From the NCBI GenBank assembly GCA_964354215.1, contig CAYGYT010000002.1:19595-83594 (forward strand): a stretch of 64,000 nt of DNA, in the 5' to 3' direction. Below the pieces are notes generated by a model, which had not been told where the DNA came from, did not search any database, and saw nothing but the letters and a program-made list of their open reading frames with translations. This stretch comes from an uncultured Eubacteriales bacterium. Its GTDB lineage: Bacteria; Actinomycetota; Coriobacteriia; Anaerosomatales; CAVRZR01. The position numbers and the translations under genes were made by a program. This document shows positions 10,897 through 20,648 of the stretch, piece after piece (the first letter of the stretch is position 1; each line of letters starts with the position of its first letter).

Positions 10897-12968
10897 GCCG
10901 CGACCTCATTCTCGAGATCGGCACCGAGGAGATCCCGTCGACGCCGCTCTACGCCGCCCTCGAGCAGCTCAAGGCCGAAGCGACCCGCGGGCTTGACGAC
11001 GCGCGTCTCTCGTACGCCGAGCTCGAAACGTTCGGTTCTCCTCGGCGCCTCGTGCTCTTCGTCCGCGGGCTTTCCGAGCAACAGGGCGACCGAATCCTCC
11101 GGCACAAAGGCCCCGCGCTCAAGGCGGCCTTCGACGGCGAAGGCGCGCCCACCAAGGCTGCCGAAGGATTCGCGCGAGGCAAGGGCGTGCCGGTGGAGTC
11201 GCTCGAGACGGTCGAGGACGACGCCGGTGCTTACGTCTACGCCATCGTCGAAGAGAAGGGCGGCCCGGCCGTCGACGTGCTTCCGGAACTCCTCTCGCGT
11301 CTGATCGAGGGCCTCGACTGGCCCAAGTCGATGCGGTGGGGAGACGGGGAGACACGCTTCTCGCGTCCGGTCCGATGGCTGCTCGCGCTTCTCGGCGAAG
11401 AGGTTATCCCCGTTCGGTTCGCAGGCCTGACCGCCGGTCGGGTCACGCGAGGGCACCGGTTCCTCGCACCCGGGACGATCGAGGTCGGATCGGCTGCCGA
11501 GTACGAAGGCGTTCTCGCCGCGGCGTTCGTTGAACCGCGCCAGAGCCGCAGGGGCGCGATCATCGAGCGCGGCATTCATCTCGCCATGCAGGCAGAGGGC
11601 ACCGAGGCGGTCGTGCCCGAGAAGACGCTTGCCGAGGTTGTGAACCTCGTGGAGTGGCCGACAGTCGCTGTGGGGACCTTCGACGCCGACTTCCTCGCGG
11701 TGCCTCGTGAGGTCCTCGAGAACGCCATGGAGGGCCACCAGCGCTACTTCCCGGTCCAGCGCGCCGGAGGCGAGCTTGCGAACAAGTTCGTCGTCGTGCA
11801 CAACGGAGCGCCCTCTCGCACCGAAGAGGTCGTTCGCGGACACGAGCGGGTGATCCGCGCGAGGCTCGCCGACGCCGCGTTCTTCTACCGCGAGGACCTG
11901 TCGCGCCCGCTTGAGTCACTCGTGGGCGAACTCGAAGCGATCGTCTTTCAGGACAGACTCGGCTCGCTCGGTGACAAGGTCGGGCGCATGGAACGCCTCG
12001 CCCAGGCTCTCGCCGATCTTGCGGGAGCACCTTCGGATGAGGCCGCGTTTGCCGCGCGTGCGGCTCATCTGGCCAAGGCCGACCTCGTGTCGAGTGTCGT
12101 TGTCGAGTTCCCGACACTCCAGGGTGTCATGGGTGGCTACTACGCTCTGGAAGCCGGAGAAGAACGTGCGGTCGCCCATGCCGTGCTCGAGCACTACCAG
12201 CCGAGGTTCGCAGGCGACGACCTCCCCTCAACACTCGCGGGTCGGCTCGTGGCGATCGCCGACAAGCTCGACACGATCGTCGGCATCTTCGCCGTCGGCA
12301 TGGTTCCGACCGGCTCTGCCGACCCCTACGCGTTGCGCCGTGGTGCGATCGGCGTGCTGCAGATGCTTCTGGACGGCGTGCCGCTCACGCTCGACGCGAT
12401 CGTCTCAGCGGCGATCGACGGCTACCTCGACACTCTCGACGGGATCGACCGCGACACGCTCCAGAGCGACGTCACCGAATTCATCCGAGGCCGGCTCGAG
12501 GTGCTTCTCCGCGACCGAGGCATGGCCTACGACACCGTGGCAGCCATCCTTGCCGTTGCGGGAGACGATCCTGCAGACGCGTTCGCGCGCGGATCCGCTC
12601 TTCAGGCAGCCCGTGACGAGAATCCCGAGGCGTTCGAGGATCTCTCCGTTGCATTCACTCGTGCGAAGAACCTCGCGGACCGGGCGCTCGGTACCGAGAC
12701 AGTTCGCGCCCTCATGGGGGCCGAGGAGACCGGGCTTCTCGACGCGCTCGAGTCTGCGGAGTCGAACGCCGAGGGACTCATGCGTGTCCGGTCGTACCCG
12801 CTGATGCTCGAGCAGTTCGCGTCGCTCAGGGTGCCGGTCGACGAGTTCTTCGAGAAGGTCCTTGTCATGGATCCAGACGACACACTCCGGGCGAATCGTC
12901 TGAAGCTCCTCAACAGGTTCGTCGACGTGTTCGAGCGCTACGCCGACTTCGAACGCATAGCTGGGTAG
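10893..12968 (+). CDS. glyS: Glycine--tRNA ligase beta subunit
   Basis: [62 protein letters not shown]. Confidence 0.97.
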
Positions 12969-12981
12969 GGGAGGGCGATGC

Positions 12982-13896
12982 ATGGCCGACCGTGAACGTC
13001 CAGCGGTCTACATCCTCTCCGACTCGCTCGGTGAGACTGCCGACGCGGTAGCCAAGGCGGCGCTCTCGCAGTTCGGCGAGGAGGCGTTCCACGTCGTTCG
13101 GCTGCCACGCATTACTTCTCGCGGTCAGCTGCAGGGCGTGGTGCACGGCGCCGCGCACGAGCGGTGTGTCTTCCTCTACACGCTCGCCGAGCGCCGGCTT
13201 CGCGACGAGATGGCCGCGATGTCGCGAGAACTGGACATCTTGGCCATCGACATACTCGGGCCTGCAGTGACCACGTTGGAACTGCTTTCGGGCTTCCAGC
13301 CCGAATGGGAGCCCGGTCTCGTACTCCGGATCGATCGTGGCTACTTCGATCGCATCGAAGCCCTCGAGTTCTCGGTTAAACATGATGACGGACGAGCCGC
13401 CGAGGAGCTCGCGCAGGCCGAGATCGTGCTCATCGGGGTCTCGCGGTCGAGCAAGACACCGATAGCGATGTACCTTGCCTTTAAGGGCTACAAGGCGGCG
13501 AACGTGCCGCTCGTGCCGGGCGTGGCGCCCCCGCCGGAGCTCTACGGCCTTGATCGGCGCCGAATCTTCGGGCTGACGACGTCTGCAGACCTGCTCGTGG
13601 ACATCCGCGGTAAGCGGTTTGCCGACATCGGCAGCTACGCTCAGGACTATTTCGACCGTGAACACATCGAGCAGGAACTCGACGAGTCGCGCTCAGTGAT
13701 GCGCCAACTCGGCTGCATTGTGGTGTCCACCGAGGGACGTGCGGTCGAGGAGACCGCGCAGGAGATCCTCCAGTACTACTCGGAGGCCTTCGTGGGTCCG
13801 GATCTCCGGGGAGCCGAGGCTGAAGGACGCGCCGCCATCCTGCCCCCCGGGCCGCACTACCGCGGGCGGCGCCATGTTCCCAGGCAAGGGGACTGA
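12982..13896 (+). CDS. ppsR: PPDK/PEP-synthase regulatory kinase-pyrophosphorylase (DUF299)
   Basis: SDSLGETA, YFDRIEALEFSVKHDDG, LIGVSRSSKTP, RAVEETA; immediately upstream of ppdK. Confidence 0.93.
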   Translation: MADRERPAVYILSDSLGETADAVAKAALSQFGEEAFHVVRLPRITSRGQLQGVVHGAAHERCVFLYTLAERRLRDEMAAMSRELDILAIDILGPAVTTLELLSGFQPEWEPGLVLRIDRGYFDRIEALEFSVKHDDGRAAEELAQAEIVLIGVSRSSKTPIAMYLAFKGYKAANVPLVPGVAPPPELYGLDRRRIFGLTTSADLLVDIRGKRFADIGSYAQDYFDREHIEQELDESRSVMRQLGCIVVSTEGRAVEETAQEILQYYSEAFVGPDLRGAEAEGRAAILPPGPHYRGRRHVPRQGD

Positions 13897-13913
13897 GCGG
13901 CAAGAGGGACCCA

Positions 13914-13942
13914 CTGACGCCTCGACCGTCGTCATGTAGGAT
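13914..13942 (+). promoter_or_regulatory. SigA-type promoter for ppdK (CTGACG-N17-TAGGAT)
   Basis: -35/-10 hexamers with 17-nt spacer in the ppsR-ppdK gap. Confidence 0.5.
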
Positions 13943-14047
13943 ATGGCGTACTCGCACGCCCGCGCGCCAGCCCGCACGGCCTCGGCGCGCCGCTTCAGGG
14001 GAGTCCCATCGCGCCTCGACGGCGCACCAGATCGAAGGAGTGGGGAG

Positions 14048-16750
14048 TTGGCTGACGTCAAGCGCGTGTATGCCTTCGAGGAAGGCGACGCTTCCATGAA
14101 GTCCGTTCTCGGCGGCAAGGGCGCGAACCTCGCCGAGATGACCAAGCTCGGACTGCCGGTCCCGCACGGGTTCACGATCACCTGCCAGGCGTGCATGGAG
14201 TACTACAACGCCGACCCTCCGGGCTTCCCTCCCGGGCTCACCGAAGAGATTGCGCGCTATGTCCGCGAACTCGAGGACAAGATGGGCAAGCGCCTCGGGG
14301 ACCCCGCTGACCCGCTGCTCGTGTCCGTGCGTTCCGGCTCGCCCTTCTCCATGCCAGGCATGATGGACACCGTCTTGAACCTCGGTCTGAACGACCGTTC
14401 CGTGCAGGGACTGATTGCGCAGACGAGCAACCCTCGGTTCGCGTGGGACAGCTATCGCCGGTTCGTCCAGATGTTCGCGAAGGTCGTGCTCGACGTTGAA
14501 GGGCTCGAGTTCGAGAACGCTCTCACCACCGTGAAGAACGCCTGCGGCGTGAAGAACGACACGGACTTGGGCCCGGAAGACATGCAGCGACTCGTGGAGA
14601 CGTTCAAGGAGATCGTCGCCGAGCGTGTCAGTCCAGACGAGCATCCCGAGCTTGTCGGTGCCGACGGCCACGTCGTGTTCCCGCAGGACCCCGCGGTCCA
14701 GCTGCAGCTCGCGATCGAGGCCGTCTTCAGAAGCTGGATGAACGACCGCGCAGTGCTCTACCGCAAGATGGAAAAGATACGTGACGATCTGGGCACGGCC
14801 GTCAACGTGCAGTCGATGGTCTTCGGCAACAAGGGCGAGACCTCTGCGACCGGCGTTGCGTTCACTCGCAACCCGGCTGACGGAACGAACGAGTACTACG
14901 GCGACTTCCTCACGAACGCGCAGGGTGAGGACGTGGTCGCGGGGATCCGCAACACGAGCCCACTTGCCGAGCTGCCTCAGGTGTTTCCAGAGGCCGGCGC
15001 CGAACTCTGGAGCGTCTTCGAGACACTCCAGAACCACTACCGCGACATGTGTGACATCGAGTTCACTATCGAGCAAGGCCGGCTCTGGATGCTCCAGACG
15101 AGGGTAGGCAAGCGCACGGCGCGCGCTGCGCTCAGGATCGCGGTCGACATGGTGGACGAGGGACTCATTACGCGTGAAGAAGCTGTGCAGCGCGTAGACG
15201 CGATGCAGCTCGACCAGCTGCTCCACCCGCAGTTCGACGCCAAGGCGACCTACGACGTGCTGGCCCGGGGCCTGAACGCCTCGCCGGGAGCGGCCGTGGG
15301 CGAGATCGTGTTCTCGGCCGACGCGGCCGTAGAAGCCGTCGACGCGGGACACAAGGTCATTCTGGTCCGCTGGGAGACGACCCCCGACGATTTGCACGGC
15401 ATGGTTGCCGCGCAAGGCATCCTGACGAGCCATGGCGGGAAGACGAGCCACGCGGCGGTGGTAGCCCGTGGCATGGGCAAGCCGTGCGTGTGCGGCGCCG
15501 AGGCGCTCAAGATCGACGCCCAGAACAAGGTCGTGCGCGTCGGCGGCATGGAGCTGCACGAAGGCGACGTCATCTCGCTCGACGGCACCCAGGGCATCGT
15601 CGTCGTCGGAGCGGTCGAGCTCGTCAAGCCCGAGGTCTTTGGCGAGTTCGACACGATTCTGCACTGGGCAGACGGATTCCGGACCATGGGCGTTCGTGCC
15701 AACGCCGACACGCCTGATGACGCGACGCTTTCGCGTCAGTTCGGCGCCGAGGGAATCGGCCTGACCCGCACGGAGCATATGTTCCTCGGCGACCGGAAAC
15801 AGATCGTCCAGGACATGATCATCGCCGAGACTCCCGCGGGACGCGAAGCGCCCCTCGCGGAGCTCCTGAAGGTGCAGACCGACGACTTCGTCGGAATCCT
15901 CGAGGCGATGGACGGACTGCCTGTCACCATCCGCCTCCTCGACCCACCGCTTCACGAGTTCCTCGACGACCCGCGCGAGCTTGCGGTCGAACTCACCCGC
16001 CTCGAGTGTGGCGGCGCCGATCCTGCCGAGCTTGCCCCCAAGCGGCGACTGCTTGCGCTCATCGACTCCATGCACGAGATGAACCCGATGCTCGGACTGC
16101 GCGGGTGCCGGCTCGGGATCATGTTCCCGGAGATCTACGGCATGCAGGTGCAGGCGATTGCCACCGCAGCCTGCACCCTTAAGAAGCAGGGCAAGGATCC
16201 TCGCCCCGAGATCATGATCCCGCTCGTGTCCGTCGTGGCCGAGCTCGAGACGCTGCGCGCCGAGTCCGAGAAGATCGTCGCCCACGTCCAGACCAAGCAG
16301 GGCTGCGTCTTCAACATCCCGATCGGCACGATGATCGAGCTTCCGCGGGCCGCCATCACCGCCGATGAGATCGGCAAGGTCGCCGACTTCTTCAGCTACG
16401 GCACCAACGACCTCACGCAGACGGCGTTCGGCTTTTCCCGCGACGACATCGAATCGAAGTTCCTTCCGCGGTACCTGGAGCGCAAGATCCTCGCGCGCAA
16501 CCCGTTCGAGACGATCGATTCCGGTGTGGCTGAGCTCGTGCGTATCGGCTGCGAGAAGGGCCGCTCCGTGAACCCCACGATCAAGCTCGGTGTGTGCGGC
16601 GAGCACGGCGGCGACCCCGATTCCGTGAAGATCTTCCATTCCATCGGCCTGGACTATGTGTCCTGCTCGCCCTACCGGGTCCCGCTTGCTCGCCTTGCGG
16701 CGGCGCAGGCGAGCCTTGCCGAGCAGGCGGCCGGATCGGACAACCGCTAG
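14048..16750 (+). CDS. ppdK: Pyruvate, phosphate dikinase
   Basis: LGGKGANLAEM, LLVSVRSG, MPGMMDT, GGKTSHAAVVARG (phospho-His), EMNPMLGLRGCR, GVCGEHGGDP; TTG start at 14048 after GGGGAG. Confidence 0.97.
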   Translation: MADVKRVYAFEEGDASMKSVLGGKGANLAEMTKLGLPVPHGFTITCQACMEYYNADPPGFPPGLTEEIARYVRELEDKMGKRLGDPADPLLVSVRSGSPFSMPGMMDTVLNLGLNDRSVQGLIAQTSNPRFAWDSYRRFVQMFAKVVLDVEGLEFENALTTVKNACGVKNDTDLGPEDMQRLVETFKEIVAERVSPDEHPELVGADGHVVFPQDPAVQLQLAIEAVFRSWMNDRAVLYRKMEKIRDDLGTAVNVQSMVFGNKGETSATGVAFTRNPADGTNEYYGDFLTNAQGEDVVAGIRNTSPLAELPQVFPEAGAELWSVFETLQNHYRDMCDIEFTIEQGRLWMLQTRVGKRTARAALRIAVDMVDEGLITREEAVQRVDAMQLDQLLHPQFDAKATYDVLARGLNASPGAAVGEIVFSADAAVEAVDAGHKVILVRWETTPDDLHGMVAAQGILTSHGGKTSHAAVVARGMGKPCVCGAEALKIDAQNKVVRVGGMELHEGDVISLDGTQGIVVVGAVELVKPEVFGEFDTILHWADGFRTMGVRANADTPDDATLSRQFGAEGIGLTRTEHMFLGDRKQIVQDMIIAETPAGREAPLAELLKVQTDDFVGILEAMDGLPVTIRLLDPPLHEFLDDPRELAVELTRLECGGADPAELAPKRRLLALIDSMHEMNPMLGLRGCRLGIMFPEIYGMQVQAIATAACTLKKQGKDPRPEIMIPLVSVVAELETLRAESEKIVAHVQTKQGCVFNIPIGTMIELPRAAITADEIGKVADFFSYGTNDLTQTAFGFSRDDIESKFLPRYLERKILARNPFETIDSGVAELVRIGCEKGRSVNPTIKLGVCGEHGGDPDSVKIFHSIGLDYVSCSPYRVPLARLAAAQASLAEQAAGSDNR

Positions 16751-16812
16751 CTGATGCGTCACGACCGGACCGGCCACCTCGTGCGGCCGGTGCTCGCTCG
16801 GCAGGAGGGTGC

Positions 16813-17163
16813 GTGAGCGGACGCACGAGGCTTTTCCAGGCGGCGGGATCGCCGCTCATCCAGGGCCACTCGCGCTACGAGCGACGCTTCTGGACGCAGT
16901 GGCTGCTGGCGTGTCTCGTTGCGGTTCCGGGCGTGTATCTCGTGCACGGTCTCATGACCGTCCTGCGCTCTCCGCAGACACCCTTCGATTCGTTCGACTC
17001 GATCGCCACCTGGCTCGCGGATCCGGCGATTCCGCTGGCCGCCACCCTCGGTGCGTCGGCTGTCGCGGTGTGGCTGGCGAGGTTCATGGGCTGGCCTAGG
17101 CCGTGGCTGTACGGCGGTCTCATCGCGTGGGCGATCGGGGCCGCGGTGCTCGTCTTTGCGTAG
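16813..17163 (+). CDS. Hypothetical membrane protein (about 3 TM)
   Basis: GTG after AGGAGGG; three hydrophobic segments; no family recognised. Confidence 0.6.
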   Translation: MSGRTRLFQAAGSPLIQGHSRYERRFWTQWLLACLVAVPGVYLVHGLMTVLRSPQTPFDSFDSIATWLADPAIPLAATLGASAVAVWLARFMGWPRPWLYGGLIAWAIGAAVLVFA

Positions 17164-17217
17164 CGGACTTGATGGTGGACGTCGGGCGCTGTTCGGCCCG
17201 TGCGTGAGAGGGCATCG

Positions 17218-18255
17218 ATGACTCAACTCATGACGCGCGAGCGCTACGAAGCCGAGGAGCATGCAAGGCTCTCGGCGCGTGCCGCATTCGCTGACCAGTC
17301 ACGCGGTCGCGTGGTGCCGCTGCCCGCGGATCCGTACCGCACGGACTTCCAACGCGATCGTGACCGGATCATCCACAGCAAGTCGTTTCGCCGGCTGTCT
17401 CACAAGACCCAGGTCTTTCTTGCCCCGGAAGGCGACCACTACCGCACGCGCCTCACCCACACGCTCGAGGTCGCCCAGATCGCGCGCTCGTGTGCGAGGG
17501 CCCTGCGCTTGAACGAGGACCTCACCGAGGCGATCGCTCTCGGGCACGACCTCGGACACACGCCCTTCGGTCACATCGGCGAAGACGCGCTCACTGCCTG
17601 CTACGAACGCATCCGAGGCGACTACGAAGGTGTTCCCACCCGCTACCGGCACAACATTCAGTCGCTCAGGGTCGTAGAGGTCCTCGAATACGAGGGGAAG
17701 GGCCTGAACCTCACGTGGGAGGTGCGTGACGGGATTCTCGGCCACACCGGAGAACACAGTCCGGCGACCCTCGAGGGCCAGATCGTGAGGATCGCCGATC
17801 GCATTGCCTACGTGAACCACGACATCGACGACGCCATGCGCGGGGGAGTGCTCTCCGAAGACAGCCTTCCCAGCGCATCGACAGAGGTGCTCGGCCATAA
17901 CCACGGCGCTCGCATCCGCACGATGGTCGAAGACCTCGTGCGTGAGAGCGAGAAGTCCCCGGAGGTGCGCATGAGCCCGCGTGTCTGGGACGCGATGATG
18001 GGGCTCAGGGCGTTCCTCTTCGACAACGTGTATCTGAGCCCGCAGGCGAAGATCGAGGAGCCGAAGGCGTTCGGCGTGGTTGAGCGACTGTTCGACCACT
18101 ACCTGGAGCACCCGGAGAGCCTGCCAGAGGAGTTCACACCCTCGTCGCCGAGCGAGCTCGTGCAACGCGTTTCGGACTACATCGCGGGCATGACGGACCG
18201 GTATGCGACGCGGGTGTATGAGGGGCTGTTCGTTCCCGCATCCTGGCGCATGTGA
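17218..18255 (+). CDS. dgt: Deoxyguanosinetriphosphate triphosphohydrolase (short dGTPase-like HD protein)
   Basis: RTDFQRDRDRIIHSKSFRRLSHKTQVF, RTRLTHTLEV, GHDLGHTPFGH, DYIAGMTDRYA. Confidence 0.95.
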   Translation: MTQLMTRERYEAEEHARLSARAAFADQSRGRVVPLPADPYRTDFQRDRDRIIHSKSFRRLSHKTQVFLAPEGDHYRTRLTHTLEVAQIARSCARALRLNEDLTEAIALGHDLGHTPFGHIGEDALTACYERIRGDYEGVPTRYRHNIQSLRVVEVLEYEGKGLNLTWEVRDGILGHTGEHSPATLEGQIVRIADRIAYVNHDIDDAMRGGVLSEDSLPSASTEVLGHNHGARIRTMVEDLVRESEKSPEVRMSPRVWDAMMGLRAFLFDNVYLSPQAKIEEPKAFGVVERLFDHYLEHPESLPEEFTPSSPSELVQRVSDYIAGMTDRYATRVYEGLFVPASWRM

Positions 18256-18397
18256 GTTCTCCCTGAGTCTTTGCGCTGGGGATGGGTTCCGCTATTGTGT
18301 GGCGAAACCGTGCACGATCGCGTGTGCGGCCGTGCAGGGAAGTTTTCGCGCGCGGGGGATCGTCGGTGGCGCAATCGTCGAACGAGGAGTGTGGTGT

Positions 18398-20521
18398 ATG
18401 CAGTATGTCCTGCTAGCCATGGTCTGTGCATTCGTCGGGCTTGGTACCGCGATGTACTACGCCTTCTGGGTCCTCAAGCAGGACCCGGGCAACGAGAAGA
18501 TGCGCAGGATCTCCAAGCACATCCAAGAAGGCGCGCTGGCGTTCCTGACGCGTGAGTACCGCGTTGTCGCGATCGTCCTTGTCGTCGTCGCTATCGCGAT
18601 GGGCCTCTTTCTACAGGCGAGCGGTGGCGCAGTCATGTCGATCGCCTACCTCGTCGGCGCGGTGTTCTCGGGCACAGCGGGCTTCATAGGCCTTTCGATC
18701 GCCACCCGCGCCAACTCCCGTACCACGCAGGCCGCGACGAAGAGCATGCCCAAGGCACTCGAGGTGGCATTCCGCGGCGGCGCCGTCATGGGACTCACGG
18801 TCGCCGGCCTCGGTCTCTTGGGCGTCTGCCTGTGCTTCCTCATCTTCTTGTACGCAACCGGCCTTGTAGCGAATCTCGAGATCGTCAAGGGCGCGAACTG
18901 GACGATCCTCGGCCTGACTATCTCGGCCACGATGGTCTTCTCGGACATCATTCCGGCATTCGGTCTCGGCGCGTCCACGATCGCGCTGTTCGCGCGCGTC
19001 GGCGGCGGGATCTACACGAAGGCGGCCGATGTCGGCGCCGACCTCGTGGGCAAAGTCGAAGCGGGTATCCCCGAGGACGACCCGCGCAACCCCGCGGTCA
19101 TCGCCGACAACGTGGGCGACAACGTTGGTGACGTCGCCGGGATGGGCGCGGATCTCTACGAGTCGTACGTGGGCGCAATCGTCGCGCCGCTCGCTCTCGG
19201 AGCGCTCTACCTGGGCTTCCGCGGCGCCTTGCTGCCGGTGCTCATCGCTGCCGTCGGCATGGTCTGTTCGGCCGTGGCGACGCTCTTCGTGCGTGGCAAG
19301 GAAGGCGGCCACCCCGGACGCGCTCTGTCGACGGGCACATACGCGGCGGCCATCCTGACGCTTGTCGCGTGCTACTTCCTCGTGATGTGGCTCGTACCTG
19401 CGGGCACCGTGTACGGCGCGAGGACGGTGGAGAATCCGCTCGGCTTCTTCATCGCCATCTTCGTCGGGCTTGCCGCCGGCATGGCTATCGGCCAAGCCTC
19501 GGAGATCTACACCTCCGATGCCTACGGTGCGGTCAAGAAGATCGCGGAGTCGTCGACCACCGGCCCGGCAACCGTCATCCTTTCTGGACTTGCCACAGGC
19601 ATGCAGTCGACTGCCTTCTCGATCATCTTCCTGGTCATCGCTATGGGCGTCAGCTTCGTCGCCGGCGACTGGGCGCTGCCGAACGGCGGCGGCATCTTCG
19701 CGATAGGCCTGTCGGCCATCGGCATGCTCGCCACCACCGGTATCGTGGTTGCGGTGGACGCGTACGGGCCGATCGCCGACAACGCAGGCGGCATCTCAGA
19801 GATGAGCGGCCAAGGGCCCGCGGTCCGCGAGATCACCGACTCGCTCGACTCCGTGGGCAATACGACGGCAGCAATCGCAAAGGGCTTCGCGATCGCGTCA
19901 GCGGCCGTGACCGCCCTCGCGTACTTCCAGCTCTACGCCGAGAAAGTCGGTTTGAGGAGTATCGACATCCTCAGCAACCAGGTCATCATCGGCCTGTTCC
20001 TCGGCGGCATGTTCCCGTTCCTCTTCTCGTCGATGGCCATCAACGCCGTTGGCCGCGCAGCTCAGGCCATGATCGAGGAGGTCCGCCGCCAGTTCCGCGA
20101 GATTCCCGGACTGCGTGAGGGACGCGAGGGTGTCGAGGGTGAGTACGCGAAGTGCGTCGATATAGCCACCGGCGCCGCGCTCAGAGAGATGATCATCCCC
20201 GCATCGCTCGCCACGGCGCTGCCTATCGTAGTGGGGCTCTGGAGCGTCCAGGCGCTCGGTGGCTTCCTCGCCGGGGCACTGGTCGTCGGGTTCCTCATGG
20301 CTATCTTCATGGCCAACGCGGGCGGGGCCTGGGACAACGCGAAGAAGTACATCGAAGGCGGGGAGTTCGGCGGCAAGGGATCCGACGCCCACAAGGCCGC
20401 GGTTGTCGGCGACACCGTCGGCGACCCATTCAAGGACACTGCTGGCCCGTCGATGAACATCCTCATCAAGGTCATGTCGGTCATCGCAGTCGTATTCGCT
20501 CCGCTATTCATCAGAGGCTGA
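18398..20521 (+). CDS. hppA: Membrane-bound pyrophosphatase, K+-dependent and probably Na+-translocating
   Basis: GGGIYTKAADVGADLVGKVEAGIPEDDPRNP, DNVGDNVGDVAG, GNTTAA (K+-dependent Ala), ADLYESY, GDPFKDTAGPS. Confidence 0.95.
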   Translation: MQYVLLAMVCAFVGLGTAMYYAFWVLKQDPGNEKMRRISKHIQEGALAFLTREYRVVAIVLVVVAIAMGLFLQASGGAVMSIAYLVGAVFSGTAGFIGLSIATRANSRTTQAATKSMPKALEVAFRGGAVMGLTVAGLGLLGVCLCFLIFLYATGLVANLEIVKGANWTILGLTISATMVFSDIIPAFGLGASTIALFARVGGGIYTKAADVGADLVGKVEAGIPEDDPRNPAVIADNVGDNVGDVAGMGADLYESYVGAIVAPLALGALYLGFRGALLPVLIAAVGMVCSAVATLFVRGKEGGHPGRALSTGTYAAAILTLVACYFLVMWLVPAGTVYGARTVENPLGFFIAIFVGLAAGMAIGQASEIYTSDAYGAVKKIAESSTTGPATVILSGLATGMQSTAFSIIFLVIAMGVSFVAGDWALPNGGGIFAIGLSAIGMLATTGIVVAVDAYGPIADNAGGISEMSGQGPAVREITDSLDSVGNTTAAIAKGFAIASAAVTALAYFQLYAEKVGLRSIDILSNQVIIGLFLGGMFPFLFSSMAINAVGRAAQAMIEEVRRQFREIPGLREGREGVEGEYAKCVDIATGAALREMIIPASLATALPIVVGLWSVQALGGFLAGALVVGFLMAIFMANAGGAWDNAKKYIEGGEFGGKGSDAHKAAVVGDTVGDPFKDTAGPSMNILIKVMSVIAVVFAPLFIRG

Positions 20522-20558
20522 GGTGAGGCCGGCGCGCGCCGGCACGAGAGCGTGATCC

Positions 20559-20593
20559 GGATGCTCCTGGCGTTCATGGCGCCGGGAGCATCC
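20559..20593 (+). terminator. GC-rich hairpin after hppA, likely terminator
   Basis: GGATGCTCCTGGCG / CGCCGGGAGCATCC 14-bp stem (one G-U), 7-nt loop. Confidence 0.6.
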
Positions 20594-20648
20594 TCTACTG
20601 TCGGGACGAATGGGTACCCTCTTTCAGGAGAGGCGAACGAGGGGTTTC

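Noticed and set aside
13481-16777. 1098-aa minus-strand ORF and similar long antisense ORFs (8971-10848, 47873-49303, 54594-55982, 22923-24299 and others)
   Set aside because: Shadow ORFs opposite well-supported + strand genes; expected at high GC; no recognisable motifs.
18256-18397. Na+ or Li+ riboswitch in the hppA leader
   Set aside because: Only weak hairpins; I could not match a consensus by eye. An Rfam scan (DUF1646, nhaA-I/II) would settle it.
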